DNA of 64,000 nt from Vulcanimicrobiota bacterium (GTDB lineage Bacteria > Vulcanimicrobiota > Vulcanimicrobiia > Vulcanimicrobiales > Vulcanimicrobiaceae). A program made the translations under genes and the position numbers. The notes beneath the pieces are model-generated. The model was not told the DNA's origin and ran no database searches. It worked only from the letters and a program-made list of their open reading frames with translations. Shown one piece after another: positions 39,703-48,758 of this stretch (position 1 is the stretch's first letter; every line of letters starts with the position of its first letter). Where the stretch lies: NCBI GenBank assembly GCA_963723515.1, contig CAVRQT010000003.1, positions 480,001-544,000 on the forward strand. Reading direction: 5' to 3'.

Positions 39703-40890
39703 ATGGAAGCCACGGAGCTGCTGGTCGTAGGGTGCGGGCCTTCGGGCGGCATCGCTGCGCGCGATGCGGCGGCGTATGGTCTCCAATGCGTCGTTCTTGA
39801 AAAAGATGCAGTCGTCGGCGTGAAGCGCGTCTGCGCCGCCGGCTTGCGCCCGGGATTCTGCGAACAATTCAACGTTCCGCGTTCGATCGTGCATTGCGAT
39901 CCCGCGCGTCTGGCGTTGTACGATGAGGCAGGGGCGTGCCACCAGTTCGAGGTCGGTCCCGCGCATACAACAACACGTGAAGAGCTCGATGGAACGATAG
40001 CCGATCTGGCGCGCAAAGCAGGCGCCGAGATTCGGTGCCGGGCGCTCTTCCGCTCGATTGAAATCGAAAACGACCGGTGTATCGTCGAATACGCCGACGG
40101 GCAAACCGGCACGCGCAAACGGATCTGCGCCCGCTTCGTCTTCTTTGCAAATGGTGCGACGGCGCACTTTGACCAAGACAGCCCGTTCCGGCTTGCGCGC
40201 TGGGCGAACGGCATGCTGACGTGCTTTCAACATCGCGTATATCCCGAGAGGCCGGCTGCGCCCGATGCGTATGAGACGCTCGAACTGCATTATTACCGTA
40301 CGCAGGAAGGCCGCCAAGTCGTCGGCTGGATGTTCCCCAAGCGCGATCATCTCGCGGTCGGATTGGGTGTCGTGGGCAAGATCGACGGTGCGCGACTGCG
40401 CGCTGAACTCAACCGCTTTGCGCAACGCGTTGCGGCGCGACTGTATCCCGGCGTGAGGCAAACGATTCGCGAAGAAGGGCATCTGCTATACGGTGGATTG
40501 CCGCGACCCGTGATTGCGCGCGGCGCAGCAATGGTCGGTGGAACGGCCGCGGGGCTCGTTGACGCCTCAAACGGCGAAGGTATTTACGAAGCGGCGTTCA
40601 GTGGAAGGCTCGGTGCTGAGGCGTGCAAACGCTTTCGCAATGCTCCTATGCGTGCGGCCGCAGAATACGCCAAGGCGGTGCACGAAAAATTCTACTCACG
40701 TTTGCGCCGCCGCGTCGCGCTGATGCATTTTCTCGAACGCAAGCCGCGCCGGTTCGGCATTCTGTTCAAACAGCTCGCGAACACGCCGTATCTGCGAGCG
40801 CTCTTGGAGCGTGAGGACGACGAACTGAACTTTAGCCAGCGAGCTTATCTTCTTGGCCAAGCGCTGCGCTTCGCGGCGCAAGCGATCTAA
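39703..40890 (+). CDS. Geranylgeranyl reductase-family FAD-dependent oxidoreductase
   Basis: VVGCGPSG, CAAG, WMFPK, AAGLVD..NGEGI. Confidence 0.85.
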   Translation: MEATELLVVGCGPSGGIAARDAAAYGLQCVVLEKDAVVGVKRVCAAGLRPGFCEQFNVPRSIVHCDPARLALYDEAGACHQFEVGPAHTTTREELDGTIADLARKAGAEIRCRALFRSIEIENDRCIVEYADGQTGTRKRICARFVFFANGATAHFDQDSPFRLARWANGMLTCFQHRVYPERPAAPDAYETLELHYYRTQEGRQVVGWMFPKRDHLAVGLGVVGKIDGARLRAELNRFAQRVAARLYPGVRQTIREEGHLLYGGLPRPVIARGAAMVGGTAAGLVDASNGEGIYEAAFSGRLGAEACKRFRNAPMRAAAEYAKAVHEKFYSRLRRRVALMHFLERKPRRFGILFKQLANTPYLRALLEREDDELNFSQRAYLLGQALRFAAQAI

Positions 40891-40906
40891 GATGATCTAA
40901 CGACCG

Positions 40907-41926
40907 TTGCTGCGTTTTTTCGTCAACCGGATCGTGCGCCTGATCGCGGTGCTGATCGCAATTACGATCATCAGCTTCTTTTTCTTGCGAATGATTCCAG
41001 GGGATCCGGTAACGATTCGGTTGGGCGAGCATGCAACAGCGCAGGAAATTGCGGCGCTTCGTGCCTCCCTTGGTTTGGATCGCCCGTGGTACGATCAGCT
41101 CGGGCTTTACATCGTGCACGCTGCGCGCGGCGATCTCGGTCGTTCGACCATGGATCAACAACCGGTCTCCGAAAAACTCGCTTCCTACTTTCCGGCAACC
41201 GTTGAGCTCGCGCTCGGCGCGATGTGCGTCGCGATCATCTTCGGCGTTCCGCTTGGCATCATCGCGGCGGTGCGATCGCGCACGCTCGTCGACACGGCGA
41301 CGACGAGTCTGGCGTTGCTTGGCGTCTCAATTCCGGTGTTTTGGCTCGGGTGGATGCTCGTCTACATCTTGAGCGTCGTGCCCAGCCACTACGGCCTCAA
41401 TCTCTTTCCAATTTCCGGGCGAATATCGCTCATGTACTCCGTGCGCCCGATCACGCATCTGGTGATTCTCGATGCGCTCTTGCAAGGGCAATTCCGCGCC
41501 GCGCTGGATGCGCTTTGGCACCTCGTTCTGCCGGCAGTGACGCTCGGCACGATTCCGCTGGCGATCGTCGCGAAGATCACGCGCAGCGGGATGCTCGACG
41601 TCTTGCGCAGCGACTACATCAGAACCGCACGTGCAAAGGGCGCGAGCGAATGGGTCGTCATTACGCATCATGCATTGCGCAACGCGCTCGTGCCGGTGAT
41701 CACGATCATCGGTTTGCAAACGGGTCTGCTGCTCGGAGGCGCCGTGCTTACGGAGCACATCTTTGCGTGGCCCGGCGTCGGGCGGCTCGCCTTTGACGCG
41801 ATCTCGAACCGGGATATGCCGCTCGTCAACGGCTGTATTTTGCTCTTTGGAGCCGTTTTTGTGACTGTCAATACGATCGTGGACTTGCTGTATGCCGCGG
41901 CAAACCCACGCATCCGATACGCTTAG
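40907..41926 (+). CDS. Peptide/nickel ABC transporter permease (DppB/OppB-like)
   Basis: IPGDP, LGLDRP, PATVEL, DYIRTARAKG EAA loop, HALRNAL, NPRIRY. Confidence 0.92.
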   Translation: MLRFFVNRIVRLIAVLIAITIISFFFLRMIPGDPVTIRLGEHATAQEIAALRASLGLDRPWYDQLGLYIVHAARGDLGRSTMDQQPVSEKLASYFPATVELALGAMCVAIIFGVPLGIIAAVRSRTLVDTATTSLALLGVSIPVFWLGWMLVYILSVVPSHYGLNLFPISGRISLMYSVRPITHLVILDALLQGQFRAALDALWHLVLPAVTLGTIPLAIVAKITRSGMLDVLRSDYIRTARAKGASEWVVITHHALRNALVPVITIIGLQTGLLLGGAVLTEHIFAWPGVGRLAFDAISNRDMPLVNGCILLFGAVFVTVNTIVDLLYAAANPRIRYA

Positions 41927-41940
41927 ATGAGGCGGCCAAT

Positions 41941-41954
41941 CGAACAGGAGTTCG
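41941..41954. promoter_or_regulatory. LexA SOS box (Gram-positive Cheo type)
   Basis: CGAAC-AGGA-GTTCG upstream of ftsY-recA-recX. Confidence 0.7.
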
Positions 41955-41982
41955 ATTTGCGGCGCTGGAATAGGAACGTTCC

Positions 41983-42909
41983 GTGAGCCTTCTAGGGAAG
42001 GTCCGGGCCGTCTTCGGGCGGTCGCGCGAGACGATGGCGGCCGTTCAGACGCTGGGCCGCGCCCGCAAACCGATCGACGCGGCGTTTTGGGAAGAGCTCG
42101 AGGAGCTGCTCCTTCAGGCCGATTTCGGCGTCCCCACCACGGAGAAGATCATCAGCGGTCTGCGCACAGTGTCGCGTCAAGAGGCGTGGCGCACCAGCGA
42201 TCAGGCAATCGCGCGATTTCGTAAGGACGTGCAGCGATTTCTTACGTTGCCGCATCCAGAATTGAACCTGTCGCGTAAGCCGAGCGTCATCTTGGTCGTG
42301 GGCGTCAATGGAAGCGGGAAGACAACGACGATCGGCAAGCTGGCTGCTTCGCTGAGCGCACAGCGTAAGAAAGTGTTGCTCGTTGCCGCCGATACGTTTC
42401 GCGCCGCGGCAGCGGAACAGCTCGCAATCTGGGGCGAGCGCAGCAATGCAGACGTCGTGCGCGGCCGTGAAGGCGCGGATCCTTCGTCCGTCGTTTTCGA
42501 CGGCATTGCAGCGGGCAAGGCGCGTGACGTCGACGTGATCTTCATCGATACGGCGGGCCGGCTGCAGACGAAGAGCAATCTCATGGAAGAGTTGCGCAAG
42601 ATGCGGCGTGTGATCGAACGGGAGCTCGGAGAGCCGCCGGCGGAGACCCTTCTCGTCTTAGATGGTACCACCGGGCAGAATGCCGTTTCGCAAGCGCGCC
42701 TCTTTCACGACGCGACGGCGCTCACCGGGGTCGTTATGACGAAGTTGGATTCGACGGCGAAAGGTGGAGTGTTGCTGGCGGTCGTCGACGCGCTGGAAAT
42801 TCCAATCAAATTTGTCGGCCTGGGAGAATCGATCGAGGCGCTGCGGCCGTTCGATCCCGCCGAATTCATCGATGCACTCTTCGAAGATGCTGAGAAGGCG
42901 ACTGCATAG
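41983..42909 (+). CDS. ftsY: Signal recognition particle receptor FtsY
   Basis: GVNGSGKTTTIGKL, DTFRAAA, DTAGRL, DGTTGQNA, TKLD..AKGG. Confidence 0.96.
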   Translation: MSLLGKVRAVFGRSRETMAAVQTLGRARKPIDAAFWEELEELLLQADFGVPTTEKIISGLRTVSRQEAWRTSDQAIARFRKDVQRFLTLPHPELNLSRKPSVILVVGVNGSGKTTTIGKLAASLSAQRKKVLLVAADTFRAAAAEQLAIWGERSNADVVRGREGADPSSVVFDGIAAGKARDVDVIFIDTAGRLQTKSNLMEELRKMRRVIERELGEPPAETLLVLDGTTGQNAVSQARLFHDATALTGVVMTKLDSTAKGGVLLAVVDALEIPIKFVGLGESIEALRPFDPAEFIDALFEDAEKATA

Positions 42910-42986
42910 TGCCATACAGTTGGCACTGGGGCGAGATAACGTGAACGTACTTAAAGAAACGATAGCGACTAGAACGGAGATTTAGG

Positions 42987-44015
42987 ATGGCGCAAGACGA
43001 CCGCAGTATGGCCCTTAACAACGCTCTCGCTCAAATCGAGCGGCAATTCGGCAAGGGCGCGATCATGAAGATGGGAGACTTTCAGGAGCGCATGGCCTTT
43101 GAGGTCGTGCCGAGCGGTTCGATCGCGCTCGACTTTGCGCTCGGGGTCGGCGGATTTCCTCGCGGGAGAGTTGTCGAGATCTACGGTCCGGAGTCGAGCG
43201 GAAAGACGACGCTCGCCTTACACGCGATTGCCGAAGCGCAGAAGACGGGCGGCACGGCCGCATTCATCGATGTCGAGCACGCGCTCGATCCCACGTATGC
43301 ATCGGCGCTCGGCGTCGATCTCGATAATCTGCTCGTCTCTCAGCCCGATACCGGCGAACAGGCGCTTGATATTGCCGAGATGCTCGTGCGAAGCAATGCG
43401 GTTGATGTTGTCGTAGTGGATTCCGTCGCGGCGCTCGTGACAAAGGCGGAGCTCGAGGGCGACATGGGCGATGCGCACGTTGGTTTGCAGGCGCGGTTGA
43501 TGTCGCAGGCGCTGCGGAAGTTGACTTCGGCGATCTCGCGCTCGAAGTCCGTCATGATCTTCATCAACCAGCTGCGTGAGAAGGTCGGCGTGATGTTTGG
43601 CAGCCCCGAGACGACTTCGGGCGGCCGCGCGCTGAAGTTTTACGCCTCCATTCGTTTGGACGTTCGCAAGCTCGAACAGATCAAAATCGGTCAGGAAGTC
43701 GTCGGCTCCCGCACGCGCGTGAAAGTCGTCAAGAACAAAGTCGCACCGCCGTTTCGGCAAGCCGAGTTCGACATCACCTACGGCCATGGAATCTCAAAGA
43801 TGGGCTCGATCCTCGACGTCGCGCTCGAGCGAGACATCGTCGGCAAGAGCGGCTCCTGGTACACCTATGGCGAGACCCGCATCGGCCAAGGCCGCGAGAA
43901 CGCGAAGGCATACCTCGAAGAGCATACGGATCTCGCTGAAGAGATCAGCGCGCGTCTGCGCGAGACGGTTGTCAGCCACTCGCGCAACGGGACGGCGACG
44001 GCCGCCGCGGAGTAA
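42987..44015 (+). CDS. recA: Recombinase RecA
   Basis: [43 protein letters not shown]. Confidence 0.99.
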   Translation: MAQDDRSMALNNALAQIERQFGKGAIMKMGDFQERMAFEVVPSGSIALDFALGVGGFPRGRVVEIYGPESSGKTTLALHAIAEAQKTGGTAAFIDVEHALDPTYASALGVDLDNLLVSQPDTGEQALDIAEMLVRSNAVDVVVVDSVAALVTKAELEGDMGDAHVGLQARLMSQALRKLTSAISRSKSVMIFINQLREKVGVMFGSPETTSGGRALKFYASIRLDVRKLEQIKIGQEVVGSRTRVKVVKNKVAPPFRQAEFDITYGHGISKMGSILDVALERDIVGKSGSWYTYGETRIGQGRENAKAYLEEHTDLAEEISARLRETVVSHSRNGTATAAAE

Positions 44016-44455
44016 TGTCAGCGCGCGTTGCGGCGCTGCGGATTCTTGCCAATCGGCGGCTGAGCGAGGCGCAACTTTGGTCCCGCTTAGAGCGCAAGGG
44101 TTACAACGCCGAAGAGATCCGTGAAGCGGTAGCCGATTGCAAACGCAACGGCTATTTGGACGACCGGCTCTTCGCGGCGCTTTTCGTCGAACAAAAGCGA
44201 AAGCCGCTCGGCAACACGCGATTGCGCGGCGAGCTGATCAAGCGCGGCATCGATCGAGCCATCGCCGCCGAAGTTGTTGAGGAAGCAACGCGCGATGAAG
44301 CGGAGCGCATCGATCTTGCGATCGAACAGATCTTCAAAATGAAAGCGCAGACCAGCTATCCTTCGGCGGCGCGCGCATTGGAGCGGCGTGGCTTTCCGGC
44401 ATCATTAATCTATCGCAAGTTACGCGTTCTCGCGGCGCAGCAGGAGCTGGGCTAA
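44015..44455 (+). CDS. recX: Regulatory protein RecX
   Basis: Coupled to recA; GYLDDRLFA, L..RGI, L.RRGF. Confidence 0.9.
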   Translation: MSARVAALRILANRRLSEAQLWSRLERKGYNAEEIREAVADCKRNGYLDDRLFAALFVEQKRKPLGNTRLRGELIKRGIDRAIAAEVVEEATRDEAERIDLAIEQIFKMKAQTSYPSAARALERRGFPASLIYRKLRVLAAQQELG

Positions 44456-44485
44456 AGAAAACCGGGCCGGGGCACTTACTCGCGT

Positions 44486-45175
44486 ATGCCGACGGCGCGC
44501 GTTTTGATTGCCGAAAACGATCCGCCGGCGCGCGACCTGCTCGCGCAACATGTGCGCAACGAAGGGTTTGATGCCTTGGCTGTTGCGGATGGAATGACGG
44601 CGTTGCGAGCCGCCCGCACGTGGGCCGACATCATCGTGATCGACGTCGGCTTGCCCGGAATCGAAGGCCTTGAAATCACACGCACGTTACGGCGCGAAAA
44701 GCATGCCGTTCCGATTATCATGGTGAGCGCGCGAACGGAGGAGATCGATCGCGTCGTGGGCCTCGAGATCGGCGCCGATGATTACCTTTGCAAGCCGTAC
44801 TCGAATCGAGAGTTGATCGCACGGCTTAAGGCCATCTTGCGGCGAGCCGGCGTTGAAGCCGATGCCCCGCTTCCGCGCTTAACGTTCGGGCGGCTGGAGA
44901 TCGATGCTGCCGCACGCGAAGCACGTGTTGACGGCGTTGACGTCGGACTCAAGCCGCGCGAATTCTCGCTGTTGCTAACGCTCGCGACAAACCCCGGCGT
45001 CGCGCTGTCTCGGCGTACGCTGCTGGAACGGGTTTGGGGATTCGACTTCGAGGGAGATGAGCGGACGGTTGACGTGCACGTCCGGCGCGTTCGCCAAAAA
45101 ATTCAGGAGCGGCCGTCGTTGGCGCGGCACGTCGTAACGGTTCACGGATTCGGTTACAAGTTCGCGCGACACTAA
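44486..45175 (+). CDS. OmpR/PhoB-family response regulator
   Basis: Receiver domain (D.GLPG, GADDYLCKP) and winged HTH (RTVDVHVRR, TVHGFGYKF). Confidence 0.93.
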   Translation: MPTARVLIAENDPPARDLLAQHVRNEGFDALAVADGMTALRAARTWADIIVIDVGLPGIEGLEITRTLRREKHAVPIIMVSARTEEIDRVVGLEIGADDYLCKPYSNRELIARLKAILRRAGVEADAPLPRLTFGRLEIDAAAREARVDGVDVGLKPREFSLLLTLATNPGVALSRRTLLERVWGFDFEGDERTVDVHVRRVRQKIQERPSLARHVVTVHGFGYKFARH

Positions 45176-46480
45176 AAGCGGACAGGTTGCCGCATCGGTA
45201 ACGTTACGCTTTCGCTGGTTGCCTTACCGCCCGGGCCAACATACAGGGTAGGATGAGTGGCGGTAGGTTAAGATTTGACAGCCTGTATTAGAAACTGAGA
45301 GCCGCCTAGGTAGCCACGGCGCCAAGACCAATAAAACTGCAATGCAGAGCTGCTGAAGCCGATTTGCCTCATGCGCTCAAGCAGGTCCCAGCCAAAATGG
45401 TAGTAGCACAGCACACCACGCGGGTCCAGTGGATCACCGTGGTATTCAGGCGGTAGGACGTGCTCGACGGCGTCCGGCCACACGCGAGCCCGCGTCAGCG
45501 TTTCCTCGGCATCGAGCAGAAAGGGCACGCTTACGACGAGTGTTCCCCCAGGCCGTAAGCACCGGAAACACTCATACAGCGCCTTCTCGTAATTCGGAAT
45601 ATGTTCGAGCACATCGGTGGCGCAGATAGCGTCAAAGGAATCGTCAACAAACGAGAGCCTCGTCAGATCTTCGTTGCGAATTCTCAGCGCATTCAAAGCG
45701 CCGAGCGGCGTACCATCCTGGAGTAATTCGCTGCCGATCACCTGAGGATAGCGCCGCTTCAACGCTCGGAAAAACGGACTTGCATGCTCAGTGACATACA
45801 AAGTTGCCCCCTCCGCAAGATTTGCTATTGACTCTAGAAAATCGATGATAGCGCGTTGCCTGTTAGGAAGCTTGCACGAGCGACAAATAAGTCGTTCTCG
45901 CCAGTTCGGTACTCGCGCGCCGTCGCAGGTGGTATTGGCGTAAAGAAAGTCAACCGCAAACGCCGTATCACTATGGCAGACCGCGCAGTATCCGACGATC
46001 GAAAAATAATCGTTCTTTGGGATTAGCGATTTCTCAAAGTGCTCGCGTTCTGATAAGACGTCCACATTTTCCTTAACGTAGACACGAAACTGCCCAATCG
46101 CTGAACACTTCACCTCGAAAGGCGACGCCCCGTCGAGAATTTTCTTATACTCAGCCTCGTTTGGATGAGGTACTACCAGCGGGGGTCGGCGCACGAGGCG
46201 TTTATATCGCGCGGCGAGCCGTTCTCTGATTCGATCCTTCTTCCGTGCCGCAGCGCCAATTATCGAACGTATATCGGCGAAGGAGAAGCTCAGAGGCGGC
46301 ACGCTCAGGAGTTAGTTGATTAGCGAGAGCGCCCCTACGGATCGAGTGGCGTTCGCGTCACAGTTGTTGCTATGAGGGGCTGCAAATGCTGGCCGCATTG
46401 AAACGAGGCCGTCTTTTTGGCGCCGCACGTCGTAACGGTTCACGGATTCGGTTACAAGTTCGCGCGACACTAAAAGCGGA
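45127..46480. mobile_element. Integrase-less islet bounded by perfect 56-bp direct repeats (45127-45182 and 46425-46480)
   Basis: GCACGTCGTAACGGTTCACGGATTCGGTTACAAGTTCGCGCGACACTAAAAGCGGA occurs twice, 1298 bp apart; the interior looks more AT-rich. Confidence 0.7.
45268..46302 (-). CDS. Class I SAM-dependent methyltransferase with zinc-ribbon motifs
   Basis: CAVC...RERLICRSC; EDLTRLSFVDDSFD, DVLEHI, LRPGG. Confidence 0.8.
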   Translation of the reverse strand: MPPLSFSFADIRSIIGAAARKKDRIRERLAARYKRLVRRPPLVVPHPNEAEYKKILDGASPFEVKCSAIGQFRVYVKENVDVLSEREHFEKSLIPKNDYFSIVGYCAVCHSDTAFAVDFLYANTTCDGARVPNWRERLICRSCKLPNRQRAIIDFLESIANLAEGATLYVTEHASPFFRALKRRYPQVIGSELLQDGTPLGALNALRIRNEDLTRLSFVDDSFDAICATDVLEHIPNYEKALYECFRCLRPGGTLVVSVPFLLDAEETLTRARVWPDAVEHVLPPEYHGDPLDPRGVLCYYHFGWDLLERMRQIGFSSSALQFYWSWRRGYLGGSQFLIQAVKS

Positions 46481-46512
46481 ATTTATGGAAGCGGCATCGT
46501 AGATGTTGGTCC

Positions 46513-46836
46513 GTGGCAAAGTGCGTAGCCCGGTTCGCTCACCGCAGCGAAGCAGACCTCGCCCACTTCTTCGACTTCTTCAACGTCCGCTGGCAATATG
46601 AGCCGCAGAGTTTTCCCATTGCATGGGATCAACATGGAAACATCGTCGAAGCGTTCACGCCCGATTTTTATCTCCCCGAATTCGATCTTTACATAGAAGT
46701 TACAACGGCCGCGCGCCGCTTCCAAACGCGTAAGAACCGCAAGCTGCGGATGTTCCGGGCATCGTATCCGCACTTCAAGATCAAGTTCTTCAATAAAAGC
46801 GATATTGCCGCCGTGCTTTGCCGCGCCGCGCGATGA
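46513..46836 (+). CDS. Small PD-(D/E)XK nuclease-like protein
   Basis: SE...F, WQYEP, FTPDFYLP, YIEVT. Confidence 0.7.
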   Translation: MAKCVARFAHRSEADLAHFFDFFNVRWQYEPQSFPIAWDQHGNIVEAFTPDFYLPEFDLYIEVTTAARRFQTRKNRKLRMFRASYPHFKIKFFNKSDIAAVLCRAAR

Positions 46837-47342
46837 TCGATCGAGTCATATTCGACGCGGGAACGATCGCGCAGCGGGTCGGTGAACTCGGGGCCGAAAT
46901 CGCCGCCGATTACGAGGCGAAGGTACCGATGCTGATCGGCGGTTTGAATTCGAGCGCGACGTTCATGGCCGATCTCACGCGCGCGGCCGGCATTCCCTTG
47001 GAGATCGATTTTATTGCGGTCTCGCGCTTCCGCGCTGAAGCAAGCATTCGTCTTGACAAGGATACGTCGGCTTCTGTTGAGGGACGGCACCTTCTGCTGG
47101 TCGAGCCCGTTATCGATACCGGATTGACCGTTCAATTCGTTATGAATACGTTAGGGAGCAGGGCACCGGCCTCAATTGCGGTATGCACGCTGCTTGACCG
47201 CCCCCACCGGAGATTAGCGCAAGTTGACGTTCGCTACCGTGGCTTTGAGATCGCGGATACGTTTTTGGTCGGCTACGGGCTCGACTATCAGGGCCGTTAT
47301 CGAGAATTGCCGGCGCTCTATGCCTACGATCCCGCAGCATAG
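46833..47342 (+). CDS. Hypoxanthine phosphoribosyltransferase-like protein with degenerate motifs
   Basis: FMADL, IDF, LLVEPVIDTGLT, CTLLD, FLVGYGLDY..YRELP; ATGA overlap with the upstream gene. Confidence 0.85.
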   Translation: MIDRVIFDAGTIAQRVGELGAEIAADYEAKVPMLIGGLNSSATFMADLTRAAGIPLEIDFIAVSRFRAEASIRLDKDTSASVEGRHLLLVEPVIDTGLTVQFVMNTLGSRAPASIAVCTLLDRPHRRLAQVDVRYRGFEIADTFLVGYGLDYQGRYRELPALYAYDPAA

Positions 47343-47346
47343 CGGC

Positions 47347-48633
47347 ATGCTTTTGCGCATTGTCGCGGGCGTTGCTGCGCTCGGCTTCTTGGTGCCGGCG
47401 GTTCCTGCGCAAGCGCTTGAACTGCGCTCGATCGTGCAAGCCGCTTCCTCGTACCACAATTCCAATGCACGGCTGCAGGCGCTCTATCGCTCCGCGCTGC
47501 TGAACACCAGTCGTCAAGCAGAAATGGCGCCCGACGGAACCGCCTATGTGAAAACCGGTGACATCCCGGCGGAGTGGCTGCGCGACGCGAGCGCTCAGGT
47601 GAGGCCATACCTGTATTTTGCCAAGAGCGATCCGGAGGTGCGCCAACTGCTGCGCGCGATCATCGCGCGTGAGACGAAGTACCTGGAGATCGATCCCTAC
47701 GCAAACGCATTTACGTTTGATTATCGCGTCTGGGAGCGGAAGTTCGAGCTCGATTCGTTAGCCTATACGGTTATTCTCGCGTGGAGCTATTGGCACGCGA
47801 CCGGCGACCGTGCGATCTTCACTGCCGACGAGCAACTCGCTTTCGACAACGTCTTGGACACAATGAAGCGCGAGTCGGATCATCCGCGCGATTCGACATA
47901 CACGAATCCGGAGATGTTCCAATCGAAGGGCCGCCCTGTGGCTTACACCGGGATGATCTGGAGCGGATTTCGACCGTCTGACGACGCCTGTTACTACAAC
48001 TACCTGATTCCATCGAACATGATGGCGGTCGTTGCGCTCGGCGACATGGCGCAGATCGAACGGCAAGTTTACCATGACAGCGGCAGAGCGCAAGCCGCGC
48101 GCGCGATGAGCGATCAGGTTCGCAACGGCATTCAAAAATACGGCCTGCTCTACAACCAGAAGTATGGTTACATCTACGCCTATGAAGTCGACGGCTTAGG
48201 GAACGCGGTCTTTGCCGATGACGCCAATGTCCCGAGTCTGCTTTCAGCGCCGTACATCGGGTATCTGAGCAGCAGCGACAAGTACTATCGCGCGACCAGA
48301 CACTTCTTGCTCTCAGCCGACAATCCGACGTTTTACACCGGTTCGGTTGCGCGCGGCATCGGTAGCCAGCACACGGCGGACCATTGGGTTTGGCCGCTGG
48401 CAATCGTGATGCAAGGGTTGACGTCGGATAGCAGCACGGAGCGGCTCGACATCGTCGACGAGCTGATCGCGAGCGATCCGGGAGATCACTTGTTGCATGA
48501 GTCGTTCGATCCGAACGATCCGACGAAATACACGCGTCCCGATTTCGGATGGCCGAATGCGCTTTTCAGCGAGTTCGTCTTGACGACGTATGGGCGAACC
48601 GCTCCCATTCCCATGGGCGACGCGCACCCATAA
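47347..48633 (+). CDS. Secreted glycoside hydrolase family 125 (exo-alpha-1,6-mannosidase-like)
   Basis: TGDIPAEWLRDA, WERKFELDSL, FRPSDD, YAYEVDG, DDANVPSLLS, HESF, F.WPNALF; signal peptide. Confidence 0.88.
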   Translation: MLLRIVAGVAALGFLVPAVPAQALELRSIVQAASSYHNSNARLQALYRSALLNTSRQAEMAPDGTAYVKTGDIPAEWLRDASAQVRPYLYFAKSDPEVRQLLRAIIARETKYLEIDPYANAFTFDYRVWERKFELDSLAYTVILAWSYWHATGDRAIFTADEQLAFDNVLDTMKRESDHPRDSTYTNPEMFQSKGRPVAYTGMIWSGFRPSDDACYYNYLIPSNMMAVVALGDMAQIERQVYHDSGRAQAARAMSDQVRNGIQKYGLLYNQKYGYIYAYEVDGLGNAVFADDANVPSLLSAPYIGYLSSSDKYYRATRHFLLSADNPTFYTGSVARGIGSQHTADHWVWPLAIVMQGLTSDSSTERLDIVDELIASDPGDHLLHESFDPNDPTKYTRPDFGWPNALFSEFVLTTYGRTAPIPMGDAHP

Positions 48634-48758
48634 GGTTGTAACGATCAAAGCGGCCGTCCGCCGTCTTAGAATGCAGTCTTAGTGGCACACAGCAAAGCGG
48701 ACGTTATCTGGGGTGCCCTGCGGGCTTTGCCCGTAGGGGGCGCGGAGGCGTAGCCGCA

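Noticed and set aside
42910..42986. LexA box directly upstream of recA
   Set aside because: Only a half-site (GAAC) is present, without GTTC at the right spacing
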